Part shown: piece by piece, positions 41,596 through 52,532 of the stretch
How positions within the stretch are numbered: the stretch's first letter is position 1
How the letters are laid out: every line of letters starts with the position of its first letter
Source: Phycisphaerae bacterium
Lineage (GTDB): Bacteria; Planctomycetota; Phycisphaerae; UBA1845
Length of the DNA stretch: 64,000 nt
Assembly: GCA_963666835.2 (NCBI GenBank)
Contig: CAXXGO010000005.1
Location: 244,222 to 308,221 of the forward strand
Reading direction: 5' to 3'
Translations under genes and position numbers: made by a program
Notes under the pieces: model-generated
What the model saw: the letters and a program-made list of their open reading frames with translations, nothing else
Database searches by the model: none
What the model was told of the DNA's origin: nothing

Positions 41596-44036
41596 GCCCA
41601 GCCCTCCGGAGTGTGTCGGCGGTCCGTCACTATCAGCGTGGTCCGCGGCGCCCCGGCCGGGTTGGAGTACTTCACCGCGTCAATGTGTGGATACCGCTCC
41701 CAGCTCAGTCCCAAGCCGGAGCAACCCGTAAACACATCTCCCGGCCGATAGCGGCCGTCCAGGTAGAACAACTCCACCTGTCCGGCCCGCTTGGTCCCGG
41801 CGAGCTGCTTCGCTCGGCGGTCCGCCAGTTCGGCCAGCGGCCCGCGGCTGTTCGTGTTGTCGTAGTTCGGGTCCTCTTCCGTGCGCGTTGCCAGATAGCT
41901 GTTGCCTGCGATGAGCCCGCTCGAAATAGTCCGCCGCAGCCGCATCCCGAACCGCTCGTGTCCCAGATCCCGCACCTGCCACCGCTCCCGGACAGATCCC
42001 GGCACTCCCGCCGCGGTCCACAGCCGCTGGTCGAGCCGGATAGTGCAGGTCACCTGCACCCAGAAGTGCCCCTCGATGTAGTTGTGCAGCATCAGCCCGC
42101 GGCCGAGCCGGTTGCCGTACTGATGCTTCGGATCCTCTCTGAACCGCCGGGGCACTCAGCAGGTTGTCATCCACCAGGCGGATCGCCGCCCGGTCCGCCG
42201 AGATCTCGACTTGCCCCGCAAACTCCACCCACCCCGCGTCGTTCGGCTCCGGAATAGTCCGCGTGTAATCCCCGTTCGAATTGCGTCCGAAGTGCACTCG
42301 AACAATCGGCGAAGTGTCCGTGGTCGCGTCGCTCTTGCGGCTTATCGTCGGCCCGAACGGCCGCCGCGCCGGCACCATCTCCGCCGCCAGTCCCGGGCTG
42401 ATCCCGCCGCCGAGGGTCGGGTGCTCCCACCACAGCAGATAGTCCAGCGGGGCCGGCTGATACACCGCATACCGCACCGCATCCCACAGCCATCCCCAGA
42501 TCGTGTCCTCCCCCCGGGCCAAGGCCGGGGCATCGATCGTCCGCGGATCATCCGGGAAGATCCACAGCCGCCCCACGTCGGCCACTGCCGCATGGTTCGG
42601 ATGTTGCCCGTGGTACTGGCTCCGCGGCCGCCGCCCGCCCAGCGTCGTTTCGTACTCCGGGTTGAACCGCTCGGTCCAATACTCCCGGGCCTCCGCCCGC
42701 TCGGTCGCCGTCAGCGGAGCGTCCAGGTACTGATGCGGGGGCCACCCCGGCCGCAGCAGCAGGGACACCTCGATCTCCTGTTGACCCCCCAGATAGACCG
42801 CCGCGGTAATCTCGCGCGGGTCGCTGGTAATCGTGGCCGACACCGCCGCTATCTGCCGGGCCACTTGCTCGGGGCTGTCGTCGCCGAACTCCGCAAACGG
42901 CGCCGCCCGGGGCAAGTCATGCGCCGCCGGGTCGCCCATCCGCCGCTCGGTGGCCGGCAAGGCTGCCAATTGCACGGCATTGACTGGCGTCGCCCAGATC
43001 CGCAGGTAATGCTCCGGCATCACCGTGGTCTGGCTCCACTTCGTCTTCTGGGCGGGGGGCGTGCTGTTGGCCACCGTCCGCAGGGCGACCTCGTGGTGCA
43101 GGCCCGCTTGTTCGCACAATGTCGCGATCGCGTCGGCCAGTGACATCGACTGGCACGCCCCGTCCTCGATGTACTGGCTCAGCCTGGCCACCAGCGGGTC
43201 CTCGGCGTTGGCGTTGGGGGGCTCGTTGACCAGGTGCTCGGTATCCCGCAGAAACTCCAGCACACTTACCGGGCACGTCGTCAGCGCTCCCCACAGCAAG
43301 CACAGCGTGCGTAGGGCCTGCAGGTACGTCCACCGCTGGGCGTCCGGATGCCCGTCGGTTGTCCACAGATGCGCCTGGCACATGTAATCGTCCGGCATCA
43401 CCCACACGCACGGCTCCGGTTCCCGGTTGGCCAGTAGGCTCGGGTTGAAGGTCACCGGTAGGGCGGTACAGCACACGTGGTCCGGTTGGGTTTGGTCCCA
43501 CGCCCGCTCCGGGTGTCGCCGCAGGTACCGGCCGGTTATCTGCTGGTGCTCGCCGCATCGCAGGTATTCCTGCCCCGCGTCGAGCGCCGTCACCATTACC
43601 GTCTGCCGCATAGGGGCCCAGCGGATCGTGACCGGCTGGCAGAACCCTTCGAACAGAATCTCCTCTCCGTGCTTGCCGTACGCCGCCGTTATCCGCACCC
43701 GCGTTCCCGGCCCGAAGCGGTCGACGATGTCGGCGAAGTGCTCCTCGGCGATCCGGTCCCCGTCCAGGCCCGCCGCCTGCAAGGTCGCCGTGGTGTCGGC
43801 CCCGTCGATCGCCCGGGTGATGTCCGTCCAGTCGACAAGTCCGCTCGGCTGCCAGCCGCGGGCACCTCGGGCTTCCGCCGTCCGCAGGGTATAGAGCGTC
43901 GTCCGCGGGGGCACCCGGCCATAGTCCGTCGGCACCCCGTCGGCCTTATCCAGTCCGTACTTGCCGTCCAGGCGCCCGCCCGGCGTGGTTGGTGGGGGGC
44001 GTGTTCAAGGCGGTTTGGGATCGCTGTCGGGCTCAT
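41592..44036 (-). CDS. Large tail-tip/hub-like protein with apparent frameshifts near 43980 and 42150
   Basis: ORFs 41680-43935 and 41592-42155 join if one C is removed; ATG at 44036 is coupled to the upstream stop. Confidence 0.65.
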
Positions 44037-44037
44037 G

Positions 44038-44523
44038 TCACTTGATCGCCTTGAAGTTCAGAGTCAACTGCACGATCCGCGTAAACGTGGATCCGCTTAT
44101 CCGCCGCGTGCCGCCGATCGCGTACCGCTCCAAGATCGCCTCCTCGGCCAGGGCCCGCCCGAAGGAGTCCTTGAGTAGCCCCGGGGCCATCTTGCTGGTG
44201 TACACCGCCCCGCGTACCCCGGTCGCCGCATCCACCGCCTGCCCGGTGGTTATCTCGTTAAGGTGGGACACAATCTGCCCGAGGATCGTGTCGGTCGTTA
44301 CGCACAGCGAGCCTTCCCACGTAATCACCTGGCCCGCCCATCCCAGGTGGTCCACAAACAGCCGGGTCTGTTGCGGGGGCTTGTGCTCCGCCCGTCCGAC
44401 GGTCGGCGCACCCTCGCGTACCCGGCAGGTGAACCGAGCCGTCCCGGCCGTGTTACGGGCACTTCCCGGCTGGCCCACGTCCAGCTCGATCGCGTCGTTG
44501 GCGAAATAGGGTAGTGCCGCCAT
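44038..44523 (-). CDS. Putative distal tail protein
   Basis: Start MAALP directly after the tape-measure gene; assignment by position. Confidence 0.6.
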   Translation of the reverse strand: MAALPYFANDAIELDVGQPGSARNTAGTARFTCRVREGAPTVGRAEHKPPQQTRLFVDHLGWAGQVITWEGSLCVTTDTILGQIVSHLNEITTGQAVDAATGVRGAVYTSKMAPGLLKDSFGRALAEEAILERYAIGGTRRISGSTFTRIVQLTLNFKAIK

Positions 44524-44525
44524 CG

Positions 44526-45803
44526 TTACTCGTAATCCCGATTGAAACTCTCGCCGTTGGTCACCGCGTTCGGATCCGGCTGCTGGTGGAAGTGTTGACC
44601 GCCGACGATCGTGGGGGCGCCACCGCCATCGTTCACCAGCCCTTCCAGGGCGTTCAGCAGGCGGTCCATCTGGTTTATGTCCATCGGGCCCATCGCCACG
44701 GTTTCCTTCGTCCCGGCGAAGAACCCCGGGTCCTCTGTGGCCACGCGTTGCTTGTCGCTCCACGTCGGTACGAGCCCCATCGGGCTCTTGACGTATGCCG
44801 GTTCCTCGACTGCCTCGCGGAATCCTCGGTGCGACCCCCCGAACTTCTGGATCAACTCCGCCAGTTGTCCGGCGCGTTCGTCGTCGACGTCGGGTATCTG
44901 TTCGCGGACGAACCTCTCCAGTGCGTCCGTCCGACCGCCGGCCCCCAGACGCGACTGGTGGGACACGTCCTGCTCAAAGCGCCGCCGCTGTTCCTCTCGC
45001 CGTTTCCGGTCCTGGGCGACCCACTCCGCGTTTTGGCTCACCGCCTGCTGCACCATCGTCGCGCGAACGCCGCTCGGCATAGTGGCATCCAGGCCTTCGA
45101 CCTGGCCGGCCTCGCGGAGCATCGTGTAGCTGGCCTGGGTTTCGGCGTCGATGTCGGTTCCGGCCAGTTCTCCGCCCACCGTCGCCGCCAGCCCCGCGTC
45201 AATGCCGTAGCGCTTCGCGATCCGTCGCGACTGGGCCGTCCCTTTAGTAGTCTCATCGACTCCGATGGCATCGTGCAGCTTGCGGGCATTAGCCGCCGCC
45301 TGGTACCCCTTCTCCAGTTCGCGCACCGCTGCGATTTGCTCGTTGAGCACGTCGGTCTGCTTCTTCGCCGCCGCCTCCGCCGCCGCGTGACTTTCCTTGA
45401 GGGTCTGCACGGCGTTAACGATCGCGGTAATCCCGAGCACTACCGCTCCGCCCGCCGCCAGCAGTTTCAGGGTATTGCCATGTTCGCGTGCGAAGGCCGC
45501 CGCCTTCTTGTGTGACCCCGCCAGGTTGATGTTCTGCGTCGCCAGATCCCCGGCGACCTTCGAGCCCTTAACGAGCGTGTCGGCGAACGCCCCCAGCGCC
45601 GGGCTCACTCCGGCCAGCAGCGTGACCAGATCCTCCGTACTGGCGTTCAGCTTTCCGGTGGCTTCGGTCGCCGCTTCGGCACCTGCCGCCGTCCCGGCCT
45701 GGCCGGCGACCACCTTCTCTTCGGCCGCCGCGACCTTGCCGAACTTCTCCGCCGCCGCCTCGGCGCCGGTGACCTCAACCTGGGTTGTCAGCTTCCGTTC
45801 CAT
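44526..45803 (-). CDS. Short tape-measure-like protein (425 aa)
   Basis: N-terminal strand then Ala-rich helices, hydrophobic LLAAGGAVVLGITAIV segment; position. Confidence 0.72.
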   Translation of the reverse strand: MERKLTTQVEVTGAEAAAEKFGKVAAAEEKVVAGQAGTAAGAEAATEATGKLNASTEDLVTLLAGVSPALGAFADTLVKGSKVAGDLATQNINLAGSHKKAAAFAREHGNTLKLLAAGGAVVLGITAIVNAVQTLKESHAAAEAAAKKQTDVLNEQIAAVRELEKGYQAAANARKLHDAIGVDETTKGTAQSRRIAKRYGIDAGLAATVGGELAGTDIDAETQASYTMLREAGQVEGLDATMPSGVRATMVQQAVSQNAEWVAQDRKRREEQRRRFEQDVSHQSRLGAGGRTDALERFVREQIPDVDDERAGQLAELIQKFGGSHRGFREAVEEPAYVKSPMGLVPTWSDKQRVATEDPGFFAGTKETVAMGPMDINQMDRLLNALEGLVNDGGGAPTIVGGQHFHQQPDPNAVTNGESFNRDYE

Positions 45804-45806
45804 CGC

Positions 45807-46730
45807 CTACGCCTTATCCGCAAACGTCCACAGGGCCACCAGGTCGCCCGCGGTCAGCAGGCCGTACTGGACCGCTCCCTGCCGCCACCCGCACACTCCG
45901 TTGGTCTGGTGCTTGGTGTACCCGCTCTCCTCGTTCTGCGCTCCGCCCGTCCACAGCACGTTGTTGATCGTCAAGGTCTGCTCCGCCGCTCCGCCCATGC
46001 CCAGGGCATCCACCGTCAGCACTCCGCGTCCCGCATCCACCAAAGCCGCGTTGACATGGCTCGGCGCCACCTCCTTGGCATCCCCGTGCGTCGCGGTGAC
46101 CGTCGCCGCCTTGAAGGGCAAGCGCTCCACCGCCTCGACGGCCATGGCGTCGTCGCCGTACTCCTCGATGACGTCCGCGGTCACCGCCAGCTCGATCCCC
46201 GCCAGGTGGCTCAGCGTAATCGCCGGCGCCGCTCCATCCGGGTCGAACGAGAAGTTGTGGGCCCGGCGTACCCGCGCCGGATACACCACCGTCCCGCCGG
46301 TCGCTTCGGCGTCAGTCAGCCCCATCACGTCCGCCCACGTAATCACGCCCGAGGCAAACCGAATCCGCCCCTCCAAAGTCAACGTCGCGTCCCCGACCTT
46401 GGGGAACCCGATCCTTGCCCCGTTCCAGACGATGGCCCCCTTCGTGGCTCCGACCAGGTCGTACTTGGTGTACTTGCCCGTCCCCGCCTCGCGCACGTGG
46501 AACTGGGTATCCCCCGGCGTCGCCGCCAATATGGCCGCCGCCTTCTTCGGGTCGCTGCAAACACAGCTCACCCCGGCGCTGAGTCCGCTCCGCTCCACGT
46601 CTTCCTCGCCGAAGGCATCCGCCGCCGTGGCCCGGGCCACGTCCTTATAGCTCGGCGTAAAGTTCAGCGTCGCCAGCCCGCCGATCGACTGCCCGTTGGT
46701 TATGAGCCCGTGCGCCTGACACGTATACAT
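45807..46730 (-). CDS. Putative major tail tube protein (307 aa)
   Basis: Start MYTCQ with GAGG RBS; between tail terminator and tape measure; beta-rich. Confidence 0.65.
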   Translation of the reverse strand: MYTCQAHGLITNGQSIGGLATLNFTPSYKDVARATAADAFGEEDVERSGLSAGVSCVCSDPKKAAAILAATPGDTQFHVREAGTGKYTKYDLVGATKGAIVWNGARIGFPKVGDATLTLEGRIRFASGVITWADVMGLTDAEATGGTVVYPARVRRAHNFSFDPDGAAPAITLSHLAGIELAVTADVIEEYGDDAMAVEAVERLPFKAATVTATHGDAKEVAPSHVNAALVDAGRGVLTVDALGMGGAAEQTLTINNVLWTGGAQNEESGYTKHQTNGVCGWRQGAVQYGLLTAGDLVALWTFADKA

Positions 46731-46812
46731 CCTCGTTCTCCTTACCTGAGCCCGCCCCACCCGAGCCCGCCCTTTCAAGGGCGGCGGTGGGGGGTCTCCT
46801 TTGACCGTGCCC

Positions 46813-47337
46813 CTACGAAGGCACCGGCGACTCCTCCACCTCAATCGTCGTCTGCTGCACGCACCGCTTCCCGTCATTGATCGACAGTTGCGACCCGCGA
46901 AACACCAGCCGCTCCACGGCCGTCACCCCGTCCTGGATGATGGCCCCGGTCTGCGCGTTCGTCGGCTGCACATCGTGCAAGGCATAGCGCAGCAGATCCC
47001 GGATCCGGTTAGTCCCGATCGTCGTTCCATCCCCGCGCCGCGCCGTCATCGGCCTCTGGTTGCGAATCCCCACCACAATCAAAAACGTGGGCACTACCGC
47101 AATCTCGCCCTCGTTAAGCGGCTGCACCCGGTCCCCGTAATAGAGCACCCGGCACACCAGATCCCGATGGCCGGAGAACAGCTCCTCGGTGAACTTGTGC
47201 GGGTCTGTCGTCTCCGTCCCCGCAAACGGCAACACCTCGCTCGGCTCGAACACCAACTGTGCGTCCTCGCGGATCTCGCGAACCGCCTCCACGATCCAGT
47301 CCTCGACCCGGCTGGCATTTGATCCGTCGTGTGCCAT
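46813..47337 (-). CDS. Tail terminator/completion protein (Mu gp37-like)
   Basis: RVEDWIVEAV start, ARRGDG...G..RI.D pattern; position. Confidence 0.65.
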   Translation of the reverse strand: MAHDGSNASRVEDWIVEAVREIREDAQLVFEPSEVLPFAGTETTDPHKFTEELFSGHRDLVCRVLYYGDRVQPLNEGEIAVVPTFLIVVGIRNQRPMTARRGDGTTIGTNRIRDLLRYALHDVQPTNAQTGAIIQDGVTAVERLVFRGSQLSINDGKRCVQQTTIEVEESPVPS

Positions 47338-47945
47338 TACCCCGCCACCATCTCGTGATAGATGCTGTCGATCTCCTCCGCGTCCGCCTCACTGATCCCG
47401 ACAAACTCCAGCCCCTCCTGGTGTACTTCTCGGGCCAAGAAGAACAGCGGCCCGGTGCCATAACCGAGTTCGTTCTCCGGGTCGATCAACACTCCGCCGC
47501 CGCTCCTGCTGGGCAAACGCACCAGGATCTCGTGGTTGGGGTCCAGATCCCGCGGCCACAATGCGTCACGTTTCAGGGCGTCCACCAGCGGAACCGCCAG
47601 ACACTTCAGCGGCGGCTTGGGCCGGATCGTTCCTCCGAACTGCCGCTGGGCCGCGTACGGCACATTGGTGCCCACCTCGACGCTCCCGGCACTCAGCTCG
47701 AACATGCTATCCCCGCTCCCCGCCTGCCCGGCCGCTCCCACGTGCAGCGACGCCGTCAGCCGCCCGCTCCGTACTCCGCCCTCGCTCATCGCCAGCCCCC
47801 GCACCAGCCGATCCTGGGCGGCTCCCATCAGGTACACCCCCAGCGCCACCAGCACCGGCCGCAGATCCCGATGGGTGTCGGCCCGCGTCTCAAACGCGTC
47901 GACGTCCCCGGTAACCTGCCATCGAGTTGTCAGGGCCAATCCCAT
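47337..47945 (-). CDS. Phage virion morphogenesis protein (Mu gpG-like)
   Basis: SGRLTASL, VGTNVPYAAQRQFGGTI, FVGIS. Confidence 0.85.
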   Translation of the reverse strand: MGLALTTRWQVTGDVDAFETRADTHRDLRPVLVALGVYLMGAAQDRLVRGLAMSEGGVRSGRLTASLHVGAAGQAGSGDSMFELSAGSVEVGTNVPYAAQRQFGGTIRPKPPLKCLAVPLVDALKRDALWPRDLDPNHEILVRLPSRSGGGVLIDPENELGYGTGPLFFLAREVHQEGLEFVGISEADAEEIDSIYHEMVAG

Positions 47946-47950
47946 TGGGC

Positions 47951-48370
47951 CTAATCCATCAGTCTGCTGTCCGACCCTACGCTAATGAGCGGGTCGTCGG
48001 CCGTCGTCGCCGCCGGGGTCACGGCCGCGGGCAATACCACCTCTCCGCCGGCCGCCTTTTCCAGCCACGCGACCGCGTCCTCGTGCCGTTGCCGCACGTC
48101 CTTGTCCACCGGCGTCCGCCGAGCACACAACGTGTACTCCGCCAGGTCCAGGGTCAGCGCCTTGAGCACCACGCCCGCGTCCGCATGGGTGACCACATCC
48201 ACCGGCGTGGCATACCGCCGCCCCAGCCACCGATCGATCAAGGCCTCGGCGGCCGTCCGCGCTTCGGTCACCACCGCCGCATCGGGGGTCGTCCCCGTAT
48301 CGGTGGTTAGCTGGACGGCCGCCGTGGTCCCGACCCGCGCAATCAGCTCATCGTTGCTTGCGTAGCTCAT
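47951..48370 (-). CDS. Head-tail adaptor (Mu gp36 / DUF1320-like)
   Basis: MSYAS..EL, IDRWLGRRYATPV, DLAEYTL, DAVAWLEK. Confidence 0.88.
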   Translation of the reverse strand: MSYASNDELIARVGTTAAVQLTTDTGTTPDAAVVTEARTAAEALIDRWLGRRYATPVDVVTHADAGVVLKALTLDLAEYTLCARRTPVDKDVRQRHEDAVAWLEKAAGGEVVLPAAVTPAATTADDPLISVGSDSRLMD

Positions 48371-48614
48371 CGCGCCGGTTCTTCCGCAGCTTAGTAATCT
48401 CCGCCACCGCCGCGTCCATCACGCGCTCGGTCGGCACTTCCGCCGACAGGTCCAGCACCTCGCGCAGCCGGTCCTCTCCGGTCAGCGTCGGTGTGGGGCG
48501 GCTAAGCCCGTGCCCCTTCCCGGCCCCGACCATGGCCGGCGGCACAATCGGCGACGCCGGAGTCTCAGCCGCCTCCGGCGCCGACTCCGCGGCCTTACGA
48601 TCCTTCTTACTCAT
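48348..48614 (-). CDS. Small phage head-region protein
   Basis: AGGAG RBS; between capsid and gp36. Confidence 0.65.
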   Translation of the reverse strand: MSKKDRKAAESAPEAAETPASPIVPPAMVGAGKGHGLSRPTPTLTGEDRLREVLDLSAEVPTERVMDAAVAEITKLRKNRRDELRKQR

Positions 48615-48661
48615 CGCAGTCTCCTAAACGTCAGGTGCGTGGCATCTCAGCCGCCGCAGGT

Positions 48662-49606
48662 CTAGGCCAGGTCCACGCTGATCGCGTGCATCCACTGCCC
48701 GTACGTCATCCGGTAACGGGCCCGCACGCCGAACAGGTACTTCTCGCGCATGAACTCCTCTTCGCTGCCGGACTCGATCGCCCGCCACTCCAGCGGCTCG
48801 CGGTTCTGGCAGATGAACGGCCGCACGGCCGCGTCGGTCTTGAGCACGAAGAACTTGCTCAGGTCGGTCAGCTCCGGGAACGGCAACACCTTCACCGGTC
48901 CGCCGATCACCGGCTGCACGGTCGTGCTGTTGATCGTGGTCGCGTTGAGCGCGTCGACGTAGACCTGGGCCTGCACCGCCGGGCACGCTACCGCCAGCCC
49001 GGTCGGCCGGATCCGCAGCGGCTCCCCCTGATCGTCGACAAACGTCGCCAGGGCGCCGACCGCCTGGGAGAATGCCAGCCGTACCGTGGGGATGCTCGGG
49101 GCGTCCGGGGTGTCCGGCTCATCCGGCAGAACCGCGCTGATGTCCATCGTCAGCTTGTTGCTCTGGGCTCCCGAGGCGCCGCTCTCGTGGTCCGTGGCAA
49201 AGAATGTGTGACCGTCGTATGCGTTGTATCCGCTCGTGGCTCCGTTAGCCAGCAGCAAGCCCAGCAGATAGTCCTTGTGCGTCGCGGCCCGCTCGGCCAG
49301 CTCCTGCACGCGGATGCGAATCTGTCCGGTCTGATCGTCGCTGATCTCGTCCCGATCGACCTCCAGCGTGGCCTCGTACTTGAGGTTCTCGACCGAGTAA
49401 GATTCAGCCCGCAGCCCCTTGGCCAGTCGGCCGGTTCCCCACTCGCGCACCTGCGGCACCGACCCCAACCAGCGGTACGTCTCGCTGTCCTTATTGGATT
49501 CGATCGGCGTGGCCAACATCTCGTGGTAGGCCACTTCCGCTCGCAGTCGCTCAAAGAACGTAGCCTTGAGGCCCTCAACATTCAGCCCTAAATCCTTGAT
49601 GGGCAT
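48662..49606 (-). CDS. Major capsid protein (Mu gpT-like)
   Basis: ETYRWLG.VPQVREW.G.R, YEATLEVDRDEISDD, YDGHTFFATDH, KYLFGVRAR..YGQW. Confidence 0.95.
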   Translation of the reverse strand: MPIKDLGLNVEGLKATFFERLRAEVAYHEMLATPIESNKDSETYRWLGSVPQVREWGTGRLAKGLRAESYSVENLKYEATLEVDRDEISDDQTGQIRIRVQELAERAATHKDYLLGLLLANGATSGYNAYDGHTFFATDHESGASGAQSNKLTMDISAVLPDEPDTPDAPSIPTVRLAFSQAVGALATFVDDQGEPLRIRPTGLAVACPAVQAQVYVDALNATTINSTTVQPVIGGPVKVLPFPELTDLSKFFVLKTDAAVRPFICQNREPLEWRAIESGSEEEFMREKYLFGVRARYRMTYGQWMHAISVDLA

Positions 49607-49681
49607 GGTAGGTTCTCCTTCCGTGGAGTTTGTCGTTTCAGTTCGCTTAAGTCCTGCCTTCGGCGTCTTCGTCAGTTGCGC

Positions 49682-50089
49682 CTACGGCGTCTTGTTCAGG
49701 GTTTCCAGCCGCAGGAGGATGCTCCCGCTCGCCGGCACGTCCGCGCAATAGCCCACAAACGAGTTGTCCGTGGACGTGAACGTCAGCGTATCGTCCGCCG
49801 ACGCATATACCGGGTCGTCAATGTTGGTGATTGCCGCTCCGGATAGGGCGTGTTCGAAGTCGCCGATCGTAAACACCCGCAACGACTTGTCCCCGGCCGA
49901 TCCGCTGCTGTTGTCGCACTCTTCGTACGCGATCCCCAAGAAGGTATCGCCCGCCACCAGCGGCCGGGCATACCCGCCGCTGTGTCCGACCAACGCCCCC
50001 TTGTAGATGTGGGCGCTCGCCGCCGCCTTGTACGTCCGCAGTTCCTGGTCGACGTACCGATTCACTTCCCTGTTGGCTGTCAGTGCCAT
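49682..50089 (-). CDS. Head decoration/cement protein
   Basis: IYKGALVG, FLGIA, VYASADDTLT; between protease and capsid. Confidence 0.8.
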   Translation of the reverse strand: MALTANREVNRYVDQELRTYKAAASAHIYKGALVGHSGGYARPLVAGDTFLGIAYEECDNSSGSAGDKSLRVFTIGDFEHALSGAAITNIDDPVYASADDTLTFTSTDNSFVGYCADVPASGSILLRLETLNKTP

Positions 50090-50218
50090 AATCCTGTCCT
50101 TTCTTCCTGGGTGGCATGGGCTAACTTGTTAGCCCGTGTTCTACCCGCCGTGTGTCTCCCGTGTCCCACCCCCCCCTTACCCGAGCCCGGCCTTTCAAGG
50201 CCGGCGGCAGTGGGGGGT

Positions 50219-51397
50219 TCAAGCGACCCCCGCCAGCTCCTCCTCCTTCGCTACGTCCTGCCCCGCCTCCTGCAGCCGCAGGTTGACGAGCGCCGTCTTG
50301 TTGGTCAGCTTGCCCAGGCTCTCGTCCGCGTCGAAGTCGCGGGCCGCGTTGGCGATAATCTCCGCCCGTCCCGCCGGTTTGTTGAAGCCCGCTTCCGGGT
50401 TGACGACCCGCCCGGCCGGCGGCAGGGCCGCCACCCGCTGATCCAGGATCACCTGGGCGTCCTTCGGGTCGCGGTCATAGGCCCGGCAGATCACCGCATA
50501 GTCCTCCTTGCGGTCCTCCGTGTTCGGGTCGATCACCCCCTTGGCGATGTAGGGTTGCATGAAGTCCGCCCGTTCCTTGGCCACCATGCGTTCCTTCATC
50601 GCGGCCAGTTCCTTGGCCAACTGCTCGGACCCGCCCGCGGCCGTCTTGGTCGCGTTAATCGCCAGCGTCACCGCCTCGGCATCCGCGTCGCCGCTCAGCC
50701 CCAGGGCCGTGCGGGCCGACGCCGCCACCTTCTCCTCTTCGCCCTTGTCTGCGCCTCCGCCGTCACTGCCGCTGCCCTTGAGCTTGCGGACCGCCTCCAG
50801 AATCGCCCCGAACAGGGCCCCGTCGTCGTCACCGTCCTCCACCCCGAGCACTTCCGCGATCCGCGCCAGATACCTGGTCGGGTCCACTCCTGCCGGTTCG
50901 CCTGCCATTGCTTTGGTCTCCTTGTTGTTGTCCGTCGCGGCCAAGGCATCCATCCGTGGTATGGCCGGCCGGTTGGTTAGGGCCGCCGAGTGCAGCCGCA
51001 GAATCCGTTTAGTGCGCCGGTCGGCTATGACGACCGGCGACAAGTACTTGTACGCCCCGCTACGAATGGCGCTCCTGCCCGACTCCGTCCACTCCACGTC
51101 GCCCAGCATCCCCTCACCCGCCGCGTACCGGATCGCCTTGATCCAGCCCGCGGCCGGGGCTTGTCCGTTGGGCGCTGCATACTCGCCCCCCAGCGTCTGA
51201 TGTTCGAAGTCGATGGGCACGTCCACCCCGTGGTCCGCCATCGCCTTGGCTGCTGCTGCCACCGCGTCGGCATCGATCACCCATCTTCCCGCCAACGATT
51301 CCACGTTCCCATCCGGCGACAGTACCACCGTGCTGACCGCCTCCTCCGCCGCCGACTTATTCACCAGTACCCGCAGGTTCAGCGTCTCAGTCTGCAT
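50219..51397 (-). CDS. Prohead protease/scaffold (Mu gp32/I-like)
   Basis: PIDFEHQT, APAAGWI, VEWT, YKYLSPV, SAALTNRPA. Confidence 0.95.
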   Translation of the reverse strand: MQTETLNLRVLVNKSAAEEAVSTVVLSPDGNVESLAGRWVIDADAVAAAAKAMADHGVDVPIDFEHQTLGGEYAAPNGQAPAAGWIKAIRYAAGEGMLGDVEWTESGRSAIRSGAYKYLSPVVIADRRTKRILRLHSAALTNRPAIPRMDALAATDNNKETKAMAGEPAGVDPTRYLARIAEVLGVEDGDDDGALFGAILEAVRKLKGSGSDGGGADKGEEEKVAASARTALGLSGDADAEAVTLAINATKTAAGGSEQLAKELAAMKERMVAKERADFMQPYIAKGVIDPNTEDRKEDYAVICRAYDRDPKDAQVILDQRVAALPPAGRVVNPEAGFNKPAGRAEIIANAARDFDADESLGKLTNKTALVNLRLQEAGQDVAKEEELAGVA

Positions 51398-52532
51398 CCG
51401 TTATCTCCCGAGCCACTGCTTGCAGCTCCGCATCCAGCTTTCTCAGATCGTGCTTCGTCGCATCGAATCCGTCGCGATCAAATGCAAACGCGGGGTGGGG
51501 GCTTATTCGCACGTTCTGACCCCCACGCCCGCGCGTCCGCGTTACTCTTCCCCCCCGATACGTCCACACCGGCAGTCTCAACTTGGTTACCTGCCGCGCG
51601 GTTAACGCCCTGAAAAAGCACCGGCAGTTCCACTCCCAGGGCGGTGTAAAGACCACCCAGAACGGATCGTCCCAGGCAAACACCTTCCCGTGCAGGGCCG
51701 CGTGCGTGTCACGCACCGCATTGACTCCGCCCTTGCCGTTGCCCACCGTCAGGTACTGCCGATAGGCAAACACTCCGGCAATCGCCGGATCGTCCAGGAC
51801 GCGCTTGCGGGCGACGTTGTAGGCCCCTAAGACGTTCTGCCGATACGTCAGTCGCAGTCGGGCCAACGACGGCCGCGGTATCCCGGCACGGTCGAACAGG
51901 TCCAGCAGTTGCCGCCGCACATCGCGGTAGGGGGTCCCGTCCGCAATCGCCTTGTGGACCACATCCCGCGCCCGCTGCACGAGTTTCACCTTGTGCAACC
52001 CCGCGAGCCGAAACGCCCGCGCCCGATTCTCCGCACTCAAGTTGTTGAACTGGGCGTCTGGTAGCGGCGTCTTCTGCGCAAAGAATCTGGCCGCCTCCCG
52101 GTGGCTCTTGGGCTTAAAGTCCATTACCGACAACGCCACGAGCTTTGTGCGATCTCTTTCGCCGTCGGACCCAATCGCAATCACCTCACCGCCCCTCCCC
52201 GAGCCCGGCCTTTCAAGGCCGGCGGCAATCCCCGCGGCTCCCACCGTCGCCGCCCCGACTCCCGCCGCCATCGTGAGGCACTCCGCCAGGTTGGTGGCCA
52301 GGCTCGTGGCATCCATCTCGGTCACCAGACTCGCGTTCAGTTGCTTCAGCAGCCGCGCCCGGTCGCGCTTGTCGTTGCCGGTCTCGCGCGCGTCTTTGAT
52401 TACGGCCACCAGCGGCCCGCTCAGCTCGCGGCGATAGCTGCGTCCCACCTTGGCCAGCGCTCGCGCCGCCAGGTTAGTCCACACCTGCCGCCGGTTCCCG
52501 ATTAAGCCCGTCATGACGTCCCGCTGCCGCAT
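51387..52532 (-). CDS. Minor head protein (Mu gp30/F-like)
   Basis: RAFRLAG, VRDTHAALHGKVF..DDPFW...PPWEWNCRC. Confidence 0.92.
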   Translation of the reverse strand: MRQRDVMTGLIGNRRQVWTNLAARALAKVGRSYRRELSGPLVAVIKDARETGNDKRDRARLLKQLNASLVTEMDATSLATNLAECLTMAAGVGAATVGAAGIAAGLERPGSGRGGEVIAIGSDGERDRTKLVALSVMDFKPKSHREAARFFAQKTPLPDAQFNNLSAENRARAFRLAGLHKVKLVQRARDVVHKAIADGTPYRDVRRQLLDLFDRAGIPRPSLARLRLTYRQNVLGAYNVARKRVLDDPAIAGVFAYRQYLTVGNGKGGVNAVRDTHAALHGKVFAWDDPFWVVFTPPWEWNCRCFFRALTARQVTKLRLPVWTYRGGRVTRTRGRGGQNVRISPHPAFAFDRDGFDATKHDLRKLDAELQAVAREITDAD

